Shown: positions 13,556 through 26,800 of the stretch, one piece after another | Layout: the number at the start of each line of letters is the position of its first letter | How positions within the stretch are numbered: position 1 is the stretch's first letter | Origin: Nemertoderma westbladi | Taxonomy: Eukaryota > Animalia > Xenacoelomorpha | Direction of reading: 5' to 3' | Length of the DNA: 64,000 nt | NCBI GenBank assembly: GCA_032718475.1 | Contig: JAUCBJ010003298.1 | Span: 26,649-90,648, forward strand | The notes under the pieces: generated by a model | Told to the model about the DNA's origin: nothing | What the model saw: only the letters and a program-made list of their open reading frames with translations | Databases searched by the model: none | Program-made: the position numbers and the translations under genes

Positions 13556-14012
13556 TCATAGAAACAGATGGCAGCATGTAGTAGATAGCAAAAACCTGTG
13601 TACGTTAGTCGGATTCGAACTCGAGGCTTACCTATTAATTGTAGGTTTAAAATTGTCCCAGATAGCAGATAAACTATCTAGGAGTCTGGTTTTAATGTGT
13701 TGATATGAAATCTTGTGGTTGTTGAAGCAACGCCGAATGCCCTAGTATGGGAATTCGGCCAACTAAATAAAGAAAGTTTATTATAAAAAAAATTCTATAT
13801 TGAAACAAATAAATAAATATTCAGCTCGAATACTGAGTATCATAATACATAACTGAGTACTTATACTGGGTATTCTAACACATATAGATGAGTATTTATA
13901 TTGAGTAACTGAGTACTTATAGCGAGTACTGAGTACTTATATTGAGTCCTGGGTACTTAATATTGCTTGTTTAGATATGACGGGGCTTTAACGCAATCAA
14001 ATTGGCTTCCTC

Positions 14013-14325
14013 CCCAGGGGAAAATCGACGCAAATAACACCTGAAAAAAAACTAACAATAAAAGTAGCAAGTAAAACTGTAACCTGTTCTATGACATTAG
14101 TTTATTGCTTTGATTAGAATAACGTGCCACTGTAACCTGTTCTATGACATTAGTTTATTGTCAGTAAAACTGTAACCTGTTCTATGACATTAGTTTATTT
14201 TCAGTAAAACTGTAACCTGTTCTATGACATTAGTTAGCAAGTAAAACTGTAACCTGTTCTATGACATTAGTTTATTGCTTTGATTAGAATAACGTGCCAC
14301 TGTAACCTGTTCATTTCCCTTAATT
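14013..14325 (+). repeat. Dispersed repeat family copy with internal tandem subunits
   Basis: CCAGGGGAAAAT(C/G)GACGCAAATAAC…CTGTAACCTGTTC… is shared with 51757-51885; CTGTAACCTGTTCTATGACATTAG is repeated 5 times locally. Confidence 0.65.
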
Positions 14326-14864
14326 AATAATTTATCATTAAGAGTTATTAAGTAGCCGAGATGGGATTTACGTCCTGTTATCCCCCTCCCCTCCCCGTAT
14401 TCTCCAATAATCAACTGTAAATAAAAAGTGAATAACATTTGGAAAATGATGTCACTGAGGGAAGAAAAAAAATGTATAGAATGGGTAGATATCTTCTTCG
14501 TCGCATCATAATGCTGCATTTACCTCTGTCAGTGTCAATTACATCCTTACAGCCGTGCTACATAAGCACGTCATAAATGATGAAACACACCAGTCATCAA
14601 ACACATGTTATTTGGTTCTCTTTTTAATCCGCATTTTTACAATAATGAATAATTAAACGTTCGATTCGCCGAGAACTTGACATAATGTAACATAATTATC
14701 TGCATTATTGCATGAATAGGGAAATTCACGTTAAAGCATTTACTTTATTTCCCCAGCTGCGCTCGTTCAACTCTCTTGGTACATAAATACAGTTTTTTTT
14801 GCTGAAAATTGACCAAAAATATATATATTTTTTTTTAATATATATGTTCATTATTCAGCTGCAA

Positions 14865-17800
14865 ATGCTGTAGAGGTGTTCGTTCAACCAATGTTATAGA
14901 GGTGTTCGTTCAACCAATGCTATAGAGGTGTTCGTTCAACCAATGCTATAGAGGTGTTCGTTCGTTCAACCAATGCTATATAGGTGTTCGTTCGTTCAAC
15001 CAATGCTATAGAGGTGTTCGTTCGTTCAACCAATGCTATAGAGGTGTTCGTTCAACCAATGCTATAAAGGTGTTCGTTTGTTCAACCAATGCTATAAAGG
15101 TGTTCGTTTGTTCAACCAATGCTATAGAGGTGTTCGTTCGTTCAACCAATGCTATAAAGGTGTTCGTTTGTTCAACCAATGCTATAGAGGTGTTCGTTCG
15201 TTCAACCAATGCTATAGAGGTGTTCGTTCAACCAATGCTATAAAGGTGTTCGTTTGTTCAACCAATGCTATAAAGGTGTTCGTTTGTTCAACCAATGCTA
15301 TAGAGGTGTTCGTTCGTTCAACCAATGCTATATATCATATGTGTTCGTTCGTTCAACCAATGCTATATATCATATGTGTTCGTTCGTTCAACCAATGCTA
15401 TAGAGTTGTTCGTTCGTTCAACCAATGCTATAGAGGTGTTCGTTCGTTCAACCAATGCTATAGAGGTGTTCGTTCGTTCAACCAATGCTATAGAGTTGTT
15501 CGTTCGTTCAACCAATGCTATAGAGTTGTTCGTTCGTTCAACCAATGCTATAGAGGTGTTCGTTCGTTCAACCAATGCTATAGAGTTGTTCGTTCGTTCA
15601 ACCAATGCTATAGAGTTGTTCGTTCGTTCAACCAATGCTATAGAGGTGTTCGTTCGTTCAACCAATGCTATAGAGTTGTTCGTTCGTTCAACCAATGCTA
15701 TAGAGGTGTTCGTTCGTTCAACCAATGCTATAGAGGTGTTCGTTCGTTCAACCAATGCTATAGAGTTGTTCGTTCGTTCAACCAATGCTATAGAGTTGTT
15801 CGTTCGTTCAACCAATGCTATAGAGGTGTTCGTTCGTTCAACCAATGCTATAGAGTTGTTCGTTCGTTCAACCAATGCTATAGAGGTGTTCGTTCGTTCA
15901 ACCAATGCTATAGAGGTGTTCGTTCGTTCAACCAATGCTATAGAGTTGTTCGTTCGTTCAACCAATGCTATAGAGTTGTTCGTTCGTTCAACCAATGCTA
16001 TAGAGGTGTTCGTTCGTTCAACCAATGCTATAGAGTTGTTCGTTCGTTCAACCAATGCTATAGAGGTGTTCGTTCGTTCAACCAATGCTATAGAGGTGTT
16101 CGTTCGTTCAACCAATGCTATAGAGGTGTTCGTTCGTTCAACCAATGCTATAGAGGTGTTCGTTCAACCAATGCTATATAGGTGTTCGTTCAACCAATGC
16201 TATATATGTGTTCGTTCGTTCAGCCAATGCTATATAGGTGTTCGTTCGTTCAACCAATGCTATAGAGGTGTTCGTTCGTTCAACCAATGCTATAGAGTTG
16301 TTCGTTCGTTCAACCAATGCTATAGAGTTGTTCGTTCAACCAATGCTATATATGTGTTCGTTCAACCAATGCTATAGAGGTGTTCGTTCAACCAATGCTA
16401 TAGAGGTGTTCGTTCGTTCAACCAATGCTATAGAGGTGTTCGTTCGTTCAACCAATGCTATATATCATATGTGTTCGTTCGTTCAACCAATGTTATAGAG
16501 GTGTTCGTTCAACCAATGCTATAGAGGTGTTCGTTCAACCAATGCTATATAGGTGTTCGTTCAACCAATGCTATATATGTGTTCGTTCAACCAATGCTAT
16601 AGAGGTGTTCGTTCAACCAATGCTATAGAGGTGTTCGTTCGTTCAACCAATGCTATAGAGGTGTTCGTTCGTTCAACCAATGCTATATATCATATGTGTT
16701 CGTTCGTTCAACCAATGTTATAGAGGTGTTCGTTCAACCAATGCTATAGAGGTGTTCGTTCGTTCAACCAATGCTATAGAGGTGTTCGTTCAACCAATGC
16801 TATATAGGTGTTCGTTCAACCAATGCTATATATGTGTTCGTTCGTTCAACCAATGTTATAGAGGTGTTCGTTCAACCAATGCTATAGAGTTGTTCGTTCG
16901 TTCAACCAATGCTATAGAGGTGTTCGTTCGTTCAACCAATGCTATAGAGGTGTTCGTTCGTTCAACCAATGCTATAGAGTTGTTCGTTCGTTCAACCAAT
17001 GCTATAGAGGTGTTCGTTCGTTCAACCAATGCTATACAGGTGTTCGTTCGTTCAACCAATGCTATAGAGGTGTTCGTTCAACCAATGTTATATAGGTGTT
17101 CGTTCGTTCAACCAATGCTATAGAGTTGTTCGTTCGTTCAACCAATGCTATATATCATATGTGTTCGTTCGTTCAACCAATGCTATATATCATATGTGTT
17201 CGTTCGTTCAACCAATGCTATATATCATATGTGTTCGTTCGTTCAACCAATGCTATATATCATATGTGTTCGTTCGTTCAACCAATGCTATAGAGTTGTT
17301 CGTTCGTTCAACCAATGCTATATATCATATGTGTTCGTTCGTTCAACCAATGCTATAGAGGTGTTCGTTCAACCAATGCTATAGAGTTGTTCGTTCGTTC
17401 AACCAATGCTATAGAGGTGTTCGTTCGTTCAACCAATGCTATAGAGTTGTTCGTTCGTTCAACCAATGCTATAGAGGTGTTCGTTCGTTCAACCAATGTT
17501 ATAGAGGTGTTCGTTCGTTCAACCAATGCTATATATGTGTTCGTTCGTTCAGCCAATGCTATATAGGTGTTCGTTCGTTCAACCAATGCTATAGAGGTGT
17601 TCGTTCGTTCAACCAATGCTATAGAGGTGTTCGTTCGTTCAACCAATGCTATAGAGGTGTTCGTTCGTTCAACCAATGTTATAGAGGTGTTCGTTCGTTC
17701 AACCAATGCTATATATGTGTTCGTTCGTTCAGCCAATGCTATATAGGTGTTCGTTCGTTCAACCAATGCTATAGAGGTGTTCGTTCGTTCAACCAATGCT

Positions 17801-20800
17801 ATAGAGGTGTTCGTTCGTTCAACCAATGCTATAGAGGTGTTCGTTCGTTCAGCCAATGCTATATAGGTGTTCGTTCGTTCAACCAATGCTATAGAGGTGT
17901 TCGTTCGTTCAACCAATGCTATAGAGGTGTTCGTTCGTTCAACCAATGCTATAGAGGTGTTCGTTCGTTCAACCAATGCTATAGAGGTGTTCGTTCGTTC
18001 AACCAATGCTATAGAGTTGTTCGTTCGTTCAACCAATGCTATAGAGGTGTTCGTTCGTTCAACCAATGCTATAGAGGTGTTCGTTCGTTCAACCAATGCT
18101 ATAGAGTTGTTCGTTCGTTCAACCAATGCTATAGAGGTGTTCGTTCGTTCAACCAATGCTATAGAGTTGTTCGTTCGTTCAACCAATGCTATAGAGGTGT
18201 TCGTTCAACCAATGCTATATAGGTGTTCGTTCAACCAATGCTATATATGTGTTCGTTCAACCAATGCTATAGAGGTGTTTGTTCAACCAATGCTATAGAG
18301 GTGTTCGTTCGTTCAACCAATGCTATAGAGGTGTTCGTTCGTTCAACCAATGCTATATATCATATGTGTTCGTTCGTTCAACCAATGTTATAGAGGTGTT
18401 CGTTCAACCAATGCTATAGAGGTGTTCGTTCGTTCAACCAATGCTATAGAGGTGTTCGTTCAACCAATGCTATATAGGTGTTCGTTCAACCAATGCTATA
18501 TATGTGTTCGTTCGTTCAACCAATGTTATAGAGGTGTTCGTTCAACCAATGCTATAGAGTTGTTCGTTCGTTCAACCAATGCTATAGAGGTGTTCGTTCA
18601 ACCAATGTTATAGAGGTGTTCGTTCAACCAATGCTATAGAGGTGTTCGTTCGTTCAACCAATGCTATAGAGGTGTTCGTTCGTTCAACCAATGCTATAGA
18701 GTTGTTCGTTCGTTCAACCAATGCTATAGAGGTGTTCGTTCGTTCAACCAATGCTATAGAGGTGTTCGTTCAACCAATGTTATAGAGGTGTTCGTTCAAC
18801 CAATGCTATAGAGGTGTTCGTTCGTTCAACCAATGCTATAGAGGTGTTCGTTCGTTCAACCAATGCTATAGAGTTGTTCGTTCGTTCAACCAATGCTATA
18901 GAGGTGTTCGTTCGTTCAACCAATGCTATAGAGGTGTTCGTTCAACCAATGTTATAGAGGTGTTCGTTCGTTCAACCAATGCTATAGAGGTGTTCGTTCG
19001 TTCAACCAATGCTATAGAGGTGTTCGTTCGTTCAACCAATGCTATAGAGGTGTTCGTTCAACCAATGTTATAGAGGTGTTCGTTCAACCAATGCTATAGA
19101 GGTGTTCGTTCGTTCAACCAATGCTATAGAGGTGTTCGTTCGTTCAACCAATGCTATAGAGGTGTTCGTTCGTTCAACCAATGCTATAGAGTTGTTCGTT
19201 CGTTCAACCAATGCTATAGAGGTGTTCGTTCGTTCAACCAATGCTATAGAGGTGTTCGTTCAACCAATGTTATAGAGGTGTTCGTTCAACCAATGCTATA
19301 GAGGTGTTCGTTCGTTCAACCAATGCTATAGAGTTGTTCGTTCGTTCAACCAATGCTATAGAGGTGTTCGTTCGTTCAACCAATGCTATAGAGGTGTTCG
19401 TTCAACCAATGTTATAGAGGTGTTCGTTCAACCAATGCTATAGAGGTGTTCGTTCGTTCAACCAATGCTATAGAGTTGTTCGTTCGTTCAACCAATGCTA
19501 TAGAGGTGTTCGTTCGTTCAACCAATGCTATAGAGGTGTTCGTTCGTTCAACCAATGCTATAGAGGTGTTCGTTCAACCAATGTTATAGAGGTGTTCGTT
19601 CAACCAATGTTATAGAGGTGTTCGTTCAACCAATGCTATAGAGGTGTTCGTTCGTTCAACCAATGCTATAGAGGTGTTCGTTCGTTCAACCAATGTTATA
19701 GAGGTGTTCGTTCGTTCAACCAATGCTATAGAGTTGTTCGTTCGTTCAACAAATGCTATAGAGGTGTTCGTTCGTTCAACCAATGCTATAGAGTTGTTCG
19801 TTCGTTCAACCAATGCTATATATCATATGTGTTCGTTCGTTCAACCAATGCTATATATCATATGTGTTCGTTCGTTCAACCAATGCTATAGAGGTGTTCG
19901 TTCGTTCAACCAATGCTATAGAGGTGTTCGTTCGTTCAACCAATGCTATAGAGGTGTTCGTTCGTTCAACCAATGCTATAGAGGTGTTCGTTCGTTCAAC
20001 CAATGCTATAGAGTTGTTCGTTCGTTCAACCAATGCTATAGAGGTGTTCGTTCGTTCAACCAATGCTATAGAGTTGTTCGTTCGTTCAACCAATGCTATA
20101 GAGTTGTTCGTTCGTTCAACCAATGCTATATATGTGTTCGTTCAACCAATGCTATAGAGGTGTTCGTTCAACCAATGCTATAGAGGTGTTCGTTCGTTCA
20201 ACCAATGTTATATAGGTGTTCGTTCAACCAATGCTATAGAGGTGTTCGTTCGTTCAACCAATGCTATATATGTGTTCGTTCAACCAATGCTATAGAGGTG
20301 TTCGTTCAACCAATGCTATAGAGGTGTTCGTTCGTTCAACCAATGCTATAGAGGTGTTCGTTCGTTCAACCAATGCTATAGAGTTGTTCGTTCGTTCAAC
20401 CAATGCTATAGAGGTGTTCGTTCGTTCAACCAATGCTATATATGTGTTCGTTCGTTCAACCAATGCTATATATGTGTTCGTTCGTTCAGCCAATGCTATA
20501 GAGGTGTTCGTTCAACCAATGCTATAGAGTTGTTCGTTCGTTCAACCAATGCTATAGAGTTGTTCGTTCGTTCAACCAATGCTATAGAGGTGTTCGTTCG
20601 TTCAACCAATGCTATAGAGGTGTTCGTTCGTTCAACCAATGCTATAGAGTTGTTCGTTCGTTCAACCAATGCTATAGAGGTGTTCGTTCGTTCAACCAAT
20701 GCTATAGAGTTGTTCGTTCAACCAATGCTATAGAGTTGTTCGTTCGTTCAACCAATGCTATAGAGGTGTTCGTTCGTTCAACCAATGCTATATAGGTGTT

Positions 20801-23800
20801 CGTTCGTTCAACCAATGCTATATAGGTGTTCGTTCGTTCAACCAATGCTATAGAGTTGTTCGTTCGTTCTACCAATGCTATAGAGGTGTTCGTTCGTTCA
20901 ACCAATGCTATATATGTGTTCGTTCGTTCAACCAATGCTATATATGTGTTCGTTCGTTCAACCAATGCTATAGAGGTGTTCGTTCGTTCAACCAATGCTA
21001 TAGAGGTGTTCGTTCGTTCAACCAATGCTATATATGTGTTCGTTCGTTCAACCAATGCTATATATGTGTTCGTTCGTTCAACCAATGCTATAGAGGTGTT
21101 CGTTCGTTCAACCAATGTTATAGAGGTGTTCGTTCGTTCAACCAATGCTATATATGTGTTCGTTCGTTCAACCAATGCTATATAGGTGTTCGTTCGTTCA
21201 ACCAATGCTATAGAGTTGTTCGTTCGTTCAACCAATGCTATAGAGGTGTTCGTTCGTTCAACCAATGCTATATATGTGTTCGTTCGTTCAACCAATGCTA
21301 TATATGTGTTCGTTCGTTCAACCAATGCTATAGAGGTGTTCGTTCGTTCAACCAATGCTATAGAGGTGTTCGTTCGTTCAACCAATGCTATATATGTGTT
21401 CGTTCGTTCAACCAATGCTATATATGTGTTCGTTCGTTCAACCAATGCTATAGAGGTGTTCGTTCGTTCAACCAATGTTATAGAGGTGTTCGTTCAACCA
21501 ATGCTATAGAGGTGTTCGTTCGTTCAGCCAATGCTATAGAGGTGTTCGTTCAACCAATGCTATAGAGGTGTTCGTTCGTTCAACCAATGCTATAGAGTTG
21601 TTCGTTCGTTCAACCAATGCTATAGAGGTGTTCGTTCGTTCAACCAATGCTATATATGTGTTCGTTCGTTCAACCAATGCTATATATGTGTTCGTTCGTT
21701 CAGCCAATGCTATAGAGTTGTTCGTTCGTTCAACCAATGCTATAGAGTTGTTCGTTCGTTCAACCAATGCTATAGAGGTGTTCGTTCGTTCAACCAATGC
21801 TATAGAGGTGTTCGTTCGTTCAACCAATGCTATAGAGGTGTTCGTTCGTTCAACCAATGCTATAGAGTTGTTCGTTCAACCAATGCTATACAGGTGTTCG
21901 TTCGTTCAACCAATGCTATAGAGTTGTTCGTTCGTTCAACCAATGCTATAGAGGTGTTCGTTCAACCAATGCTATAGAGGTGTTCGTTCGTTCAACCAAT
22001 GTTATAGAGTTGTTCGTTCGTTCAACCCATGCTATAGAGGTGTTCGTTCGTTCAACCAATGCTATATAGGTGTTCGTTCGTTCAACCAATGCTATAGAGG
22101 TGTTCGTTCGTTCAACCAATGCTATATATCATATGTGTTCGTTCGTTCAACCAATGCTATATATCATATGTGTTCGTTCGTTCAACCAATGCTATAGAGT
22201 TGTTCGTTCGTTCAACCAATGCTATAGAGGTGTTCGTTCGTTCAACCAATGCTATAGAGGTGTTCGTTCAACCAATGTTATAGAGGTGTTCGTTCAACCA
22301 ATGCTATAGAGGTGTTCGTTCGTTCAACCAATGCTATAGAGTTGTTCGTTCGTTCAACCAATGCTATAGAGGTGTTCGTTCAACCAATGTTATAGAGGTG
22401 TTCGTTCAACCAATGCTATAGAGGTGTTCGTTCGTTCAACCAATGCTATAGAGGTGTTCGTTCGTTCAACCAATGCTATAGAGTTGTTCGTTCGTTCAAC
22501 CAATGCTATAGAGTTGTTCGTTCGTTCAACCAATGCTATAGAGGTGTTCGTTCGTTCAACCAATGCTATATATGTGTTCGTTCGTTCAACCAATGCTATA
22601 TATGTGTTCGTTCGTTCAGCCAATGCTATAGAGTTGTTCGTTCGTTCAACCAATGCTATAGAGTTGTTCGTTCGTTCAACCAATGCTATAGAGGTGTTCG
22701 TTCGTTCAACCAATGCTATAGAGGTGTTCGTTCGTTCAACCAATGCTATAGAGGTGTTCGTTCGTTCAACCAATGCTATAGAGTTGTTCGTTCAACCAAT
22801 GCTATACAGGTGTTCGTTCGTTCAACCAATGCTATAGAGTTGTTCGTTCGTTCAACCAATGCTATAGAGGTGTTCGTTCGTTCAACCAATGCTATAGAGG
22901 TGTTCGTTCGTTCAACCAATGCTATATATGTGTTCGTTCGTTCAACCAATGCTATATATGTGTTCGTTCGTTCAACCAATGCTATATATGTGTTCGTTCG
23001 TTCAATTCAACCAATGCTATATATGTGTTCGTTCGTTCAACCAATGCTATATATGTGTTCGTTCGTTCAACCAATGCTATAGAGGTGTTCGTTCAACCAA
23101 TGCTATATAGGTGTTCGTTCAACCAATGCTATAGAGGTGTTCGTTCGTTCAACCAATGCTATAGAGTTGTTCGTTCGTTCAACCAATGCTATAGAGTTGT
23201 TCGTTCGTTCAACCAATGCTATAGAGGTGTTCGTTCGTTCAACCAATGCTATAGAGGTGTTCGTTCGTTCAACCAATGCTATATATGTGTTCGTTCGTTC
23301 AGCCAATGCTATAGAGGTGTTCGTTCGTTCAACCAATGCTATAGAGGTGTTCGTTCGTTCAACCAATGCTATAGAGGTGTTCGTTCGTTCAACCAATGCT
23401 ATAGAGTTGTTCGTTCGTTCAACCAATGCTATAGAGGTGTTCGTTCGTTCAACCAATGCTATAGAGGTGTTCGTTCGTTCAACCAATGCTATAGAGGTGT
23501 TCGTTCGTTCAACCAATGCTATAGAGGTGTTCGTTCGTTCAACCAATGCTATAGAGGTGTTCGTTCGTTCAACCAATGCTATATATGTGTTCGTTCGTTC
23601 AACCAATGCTATATATGTGTTCGTTCGTTCAACCAATGCTATAAAGGTGTTCGTTTGTTCAACCAATGCTATAAAGGTGTTCGTTTGTTCAACCAATGCT
23701 ATAGAGGTGTTCGTTCGTTCAACCAATGCTATATATCATATGTGTTCGTTCGTTCAACCAATGCTATATATCATATGTGTTCGTTCGTTCAACCAATGCT

Positions 23801-26800
23801 ATATATCATATGTGTTCGTTCGTTCAACCAATGCTATAAAGGTGTTCGTTTGTTCAACCAATGCTATAAAGGTGTTCGTTTGTTCAACCAATGCTATAGA
23901 GGTGTTCGTTCGTTCAACCAATGCTATATATCATATGTGTTCGTTCGTTCAACCAATGCTATATATCATATGTGTTCGTTCGTTCAACCAATGCTATTAG
24001 AGGTGTTCGTTCAACCAATGCTATAGAGTTGTTCGTTCGTTCAACCAATGCTATAGAGGTGTTCGTTCGTTCAACCAATGCTATAGAGGTGTTCGTTCGT
24101 TCAACCAATGCTATAGAGGTGTTCGTTCGTTCAACCAATGCTATAGAGGTGTTCGTTCGTTCAACCAATGCTATAGAGGTGTTCGTTCGTTCAACCAATG
24201 TTATAGAGTTGTTCGTTCGTTCAACCAATGCTATAGAGTTGTTCGTTCGTTCAACCAATGCTATAGAGTTGTTCGTTCGTTCAACCAATGCTATAGAGGT
24301 GTTCGTTCGTTCAACCAATGCTATAGAGTTGTTCGTTCGTTCAACCAATGCTATAGAGGTGTTCGTTCGTTCAACCAATGCTATAGAGTTGTTCGTTCGT
24401 TCAACCAATGCTATAGAGGTGTTCGTTCGTTCAACCAATGCTATAGAGTTGTTCGTTCGTTCAACCAATGCTATAGAGGTGTTCGTTCGTTCAACCAATG
24501 CTATAGAGTTGTTCGTTCGTTCAACCAATGCTATAGAGGTGTTCGTTCGTTCAACCAATGCTATAGAGGTGTTCGTTCGTTCAACCAATGCTATAGAGTT
24601 GTTCGTTCGTTCAACCAATGCTATAGAGGTGTTCGTTCGTTCAACCAATGCTATAGAGGTGTTCGTTCGTTCAACCAATGCTATAGAGGTGTTCGTTCGT
24701 TCAACCAATGCTATAGAGTTGTTCGTTCGTTCAACCAATGCTATAGAGGTGTTCGTTCGTTCAACCAATGCTATAGAGGTGTTCGTTCGTTCAACCAATG
24801 CTATAGAGGTGTTCGTTCGTTCAACCAATGCTATAGAGTTGTTCGTTCGTTCAACCAATGCTATAGAGTTGTTCGTTCGTTCAACCAATGCTATAGAGTT
24901 GTTCGTTCGTTCAACCAATGCTATAGAGTTGTTCGTTCGTTCAACCAATGCTATAGAGGTGTTCGTTCGTTCAACCAATGCTATAGAGGTGTTCGTTCGT
25001 TCAACCAATGTTATAGAGTTGTTCGTTCGTTCAACCAATGTTATAGAGTTGTTCGTTCGTTCAACCAATGCTATAGAGTTGTTCGTTCGTTCAACCAATG
25101 CTATAGAGGTGTTCGTTCGTTCAACCAATGCTATAGAGGTGTTCGTTCGTTCAACCAATGCTATAGAGTTGTTCGTTCGTTCAACCAATGCTATAGAGGT
25201 GTTCGTTCGTTCAACCAATGCTATAGAGGTGTTCGTTCGTTCAACCAATGCTATAGAGTTGTTCGTTCGTTCAACCAATGCTATAGAGGTGTTCGTTCGT
25301 TCAACCAATGCTATAGAGGTGTTCGTTCGTTCAACCAATGCTATAGAGTTGTTCGTTCGTTCAACCAATGCTATAGAGGTGTTCGTTCGTTCAACCAATG
25401 CTATAGAGGTGTTCGTTCGTTCAACCAATGCTATAGAGTTGTTCGTTCGTTCAACCAATGCTATAGAGTTGTTCGTTCGTTCAACCAATGCTATAGAGTT
25501 GTTCGTTCGTTCAACCAATGCTATAGAGTTGTTCGTTCGTTCAACCAATGCTATAGAGGTGTTCGTTCGTTCAACCAATGCTATAGAGGTGTTCGTTCGT
25601 TCAACCAATGCTATAGAGTTGTTCGTTCGTTCAACCAATGCTATAGAGTTGTTCGTTCGTTCAACCAATGCTATAGAGTTGTTCGTTCGTTCAACCAATG
25701 CTATAGAGTTGTTCGTTCGTTCAACCAATGCTATAGAGGTGTTCGTTCGTTCAACCAATGCTATAGAGTTGTTCGTTCGTTCAACCAATGCTATAGAGTT
25801 GTTCGTTCGTTCAACCAATGCTATAGAGTTGTTCGTTCGTTCAACCAATGCTATAGAGTTGTTCGTTCGTTCAACCAATGCTATAGAGTTGTTCGTTCGT
25901 TCAACCAATGCTATAGAGGTGTTCGTTCGTTCAACCAATGCTATAGAGGTGTTCGTTCGTTCAACCAATGCTATAGAGTTGTTCGTTCGTTCAACCAATG
26001 CTATAGAGTTGTTCGTTCGTTCAACCAATGCTATAGAGTTGTTCGTTCGTTCAACCAATGCTATAGAGTTGTTCGTTCGTTCAACCAATGCTATAGAGGT
26101 GTTCGTTCGTTCAACCAATGCTATAGAGGTGTTCGTTCGTTCAACCAATGCTATAGAGGTGTTCGTTCGTTCAACCAATGCTATAGAGTTGTTCGTTCGT
26201 TCAACCAATGCTATAGAGTTGTTCGTTCGTTCAACCAATGCTATAGAGTTGTTCGTTCGTTCAACCAATGCTATAGAGTTGTTCGTTCGTTCAACCAATG
26301 CTATAGAGTTGTTCGTTCGTTCAACCAATGCTATAGAGGTGTTCGTTCGTTCAACCAATGCTATAGAGTTGTTCGTTCGTTCAACCAATGCTATAGAGTT
26401 GTTCGTTCGTTCAACCAATGCTATAGAGTTGTTCGTTCGTTCAACCAATGCTATAGAGTTGTTCGTTCGTTCAACCAATGCTATAGAGGTGTTCGTTCGT
26501 TCAACCAATGCTATAGAGTTGTTCGTTCGTTCAACCAATGCTATAGAGGTGTTCGTTCGTTCAACCAATGCTATAGAGTTGTTCGTTCGTTCAACCAATG
26601 CTATAGAGTTGTTCGTTCGTTCAACCAATGCTATAGAGTTGTTCGTTCGTTCAACCAATGCTATAGAGTTGTTCGTTCGTTCAACCAATGCTATAGAGTT
26701 GTTCGTTCGTTCAACCAATGCTATAGAGTTGTTCGTTCGTTCAACCAATGCTATAGAGTTGTTCGTTCGTTCAACCAATGCTATAGAGTTGTTCGTTCGT

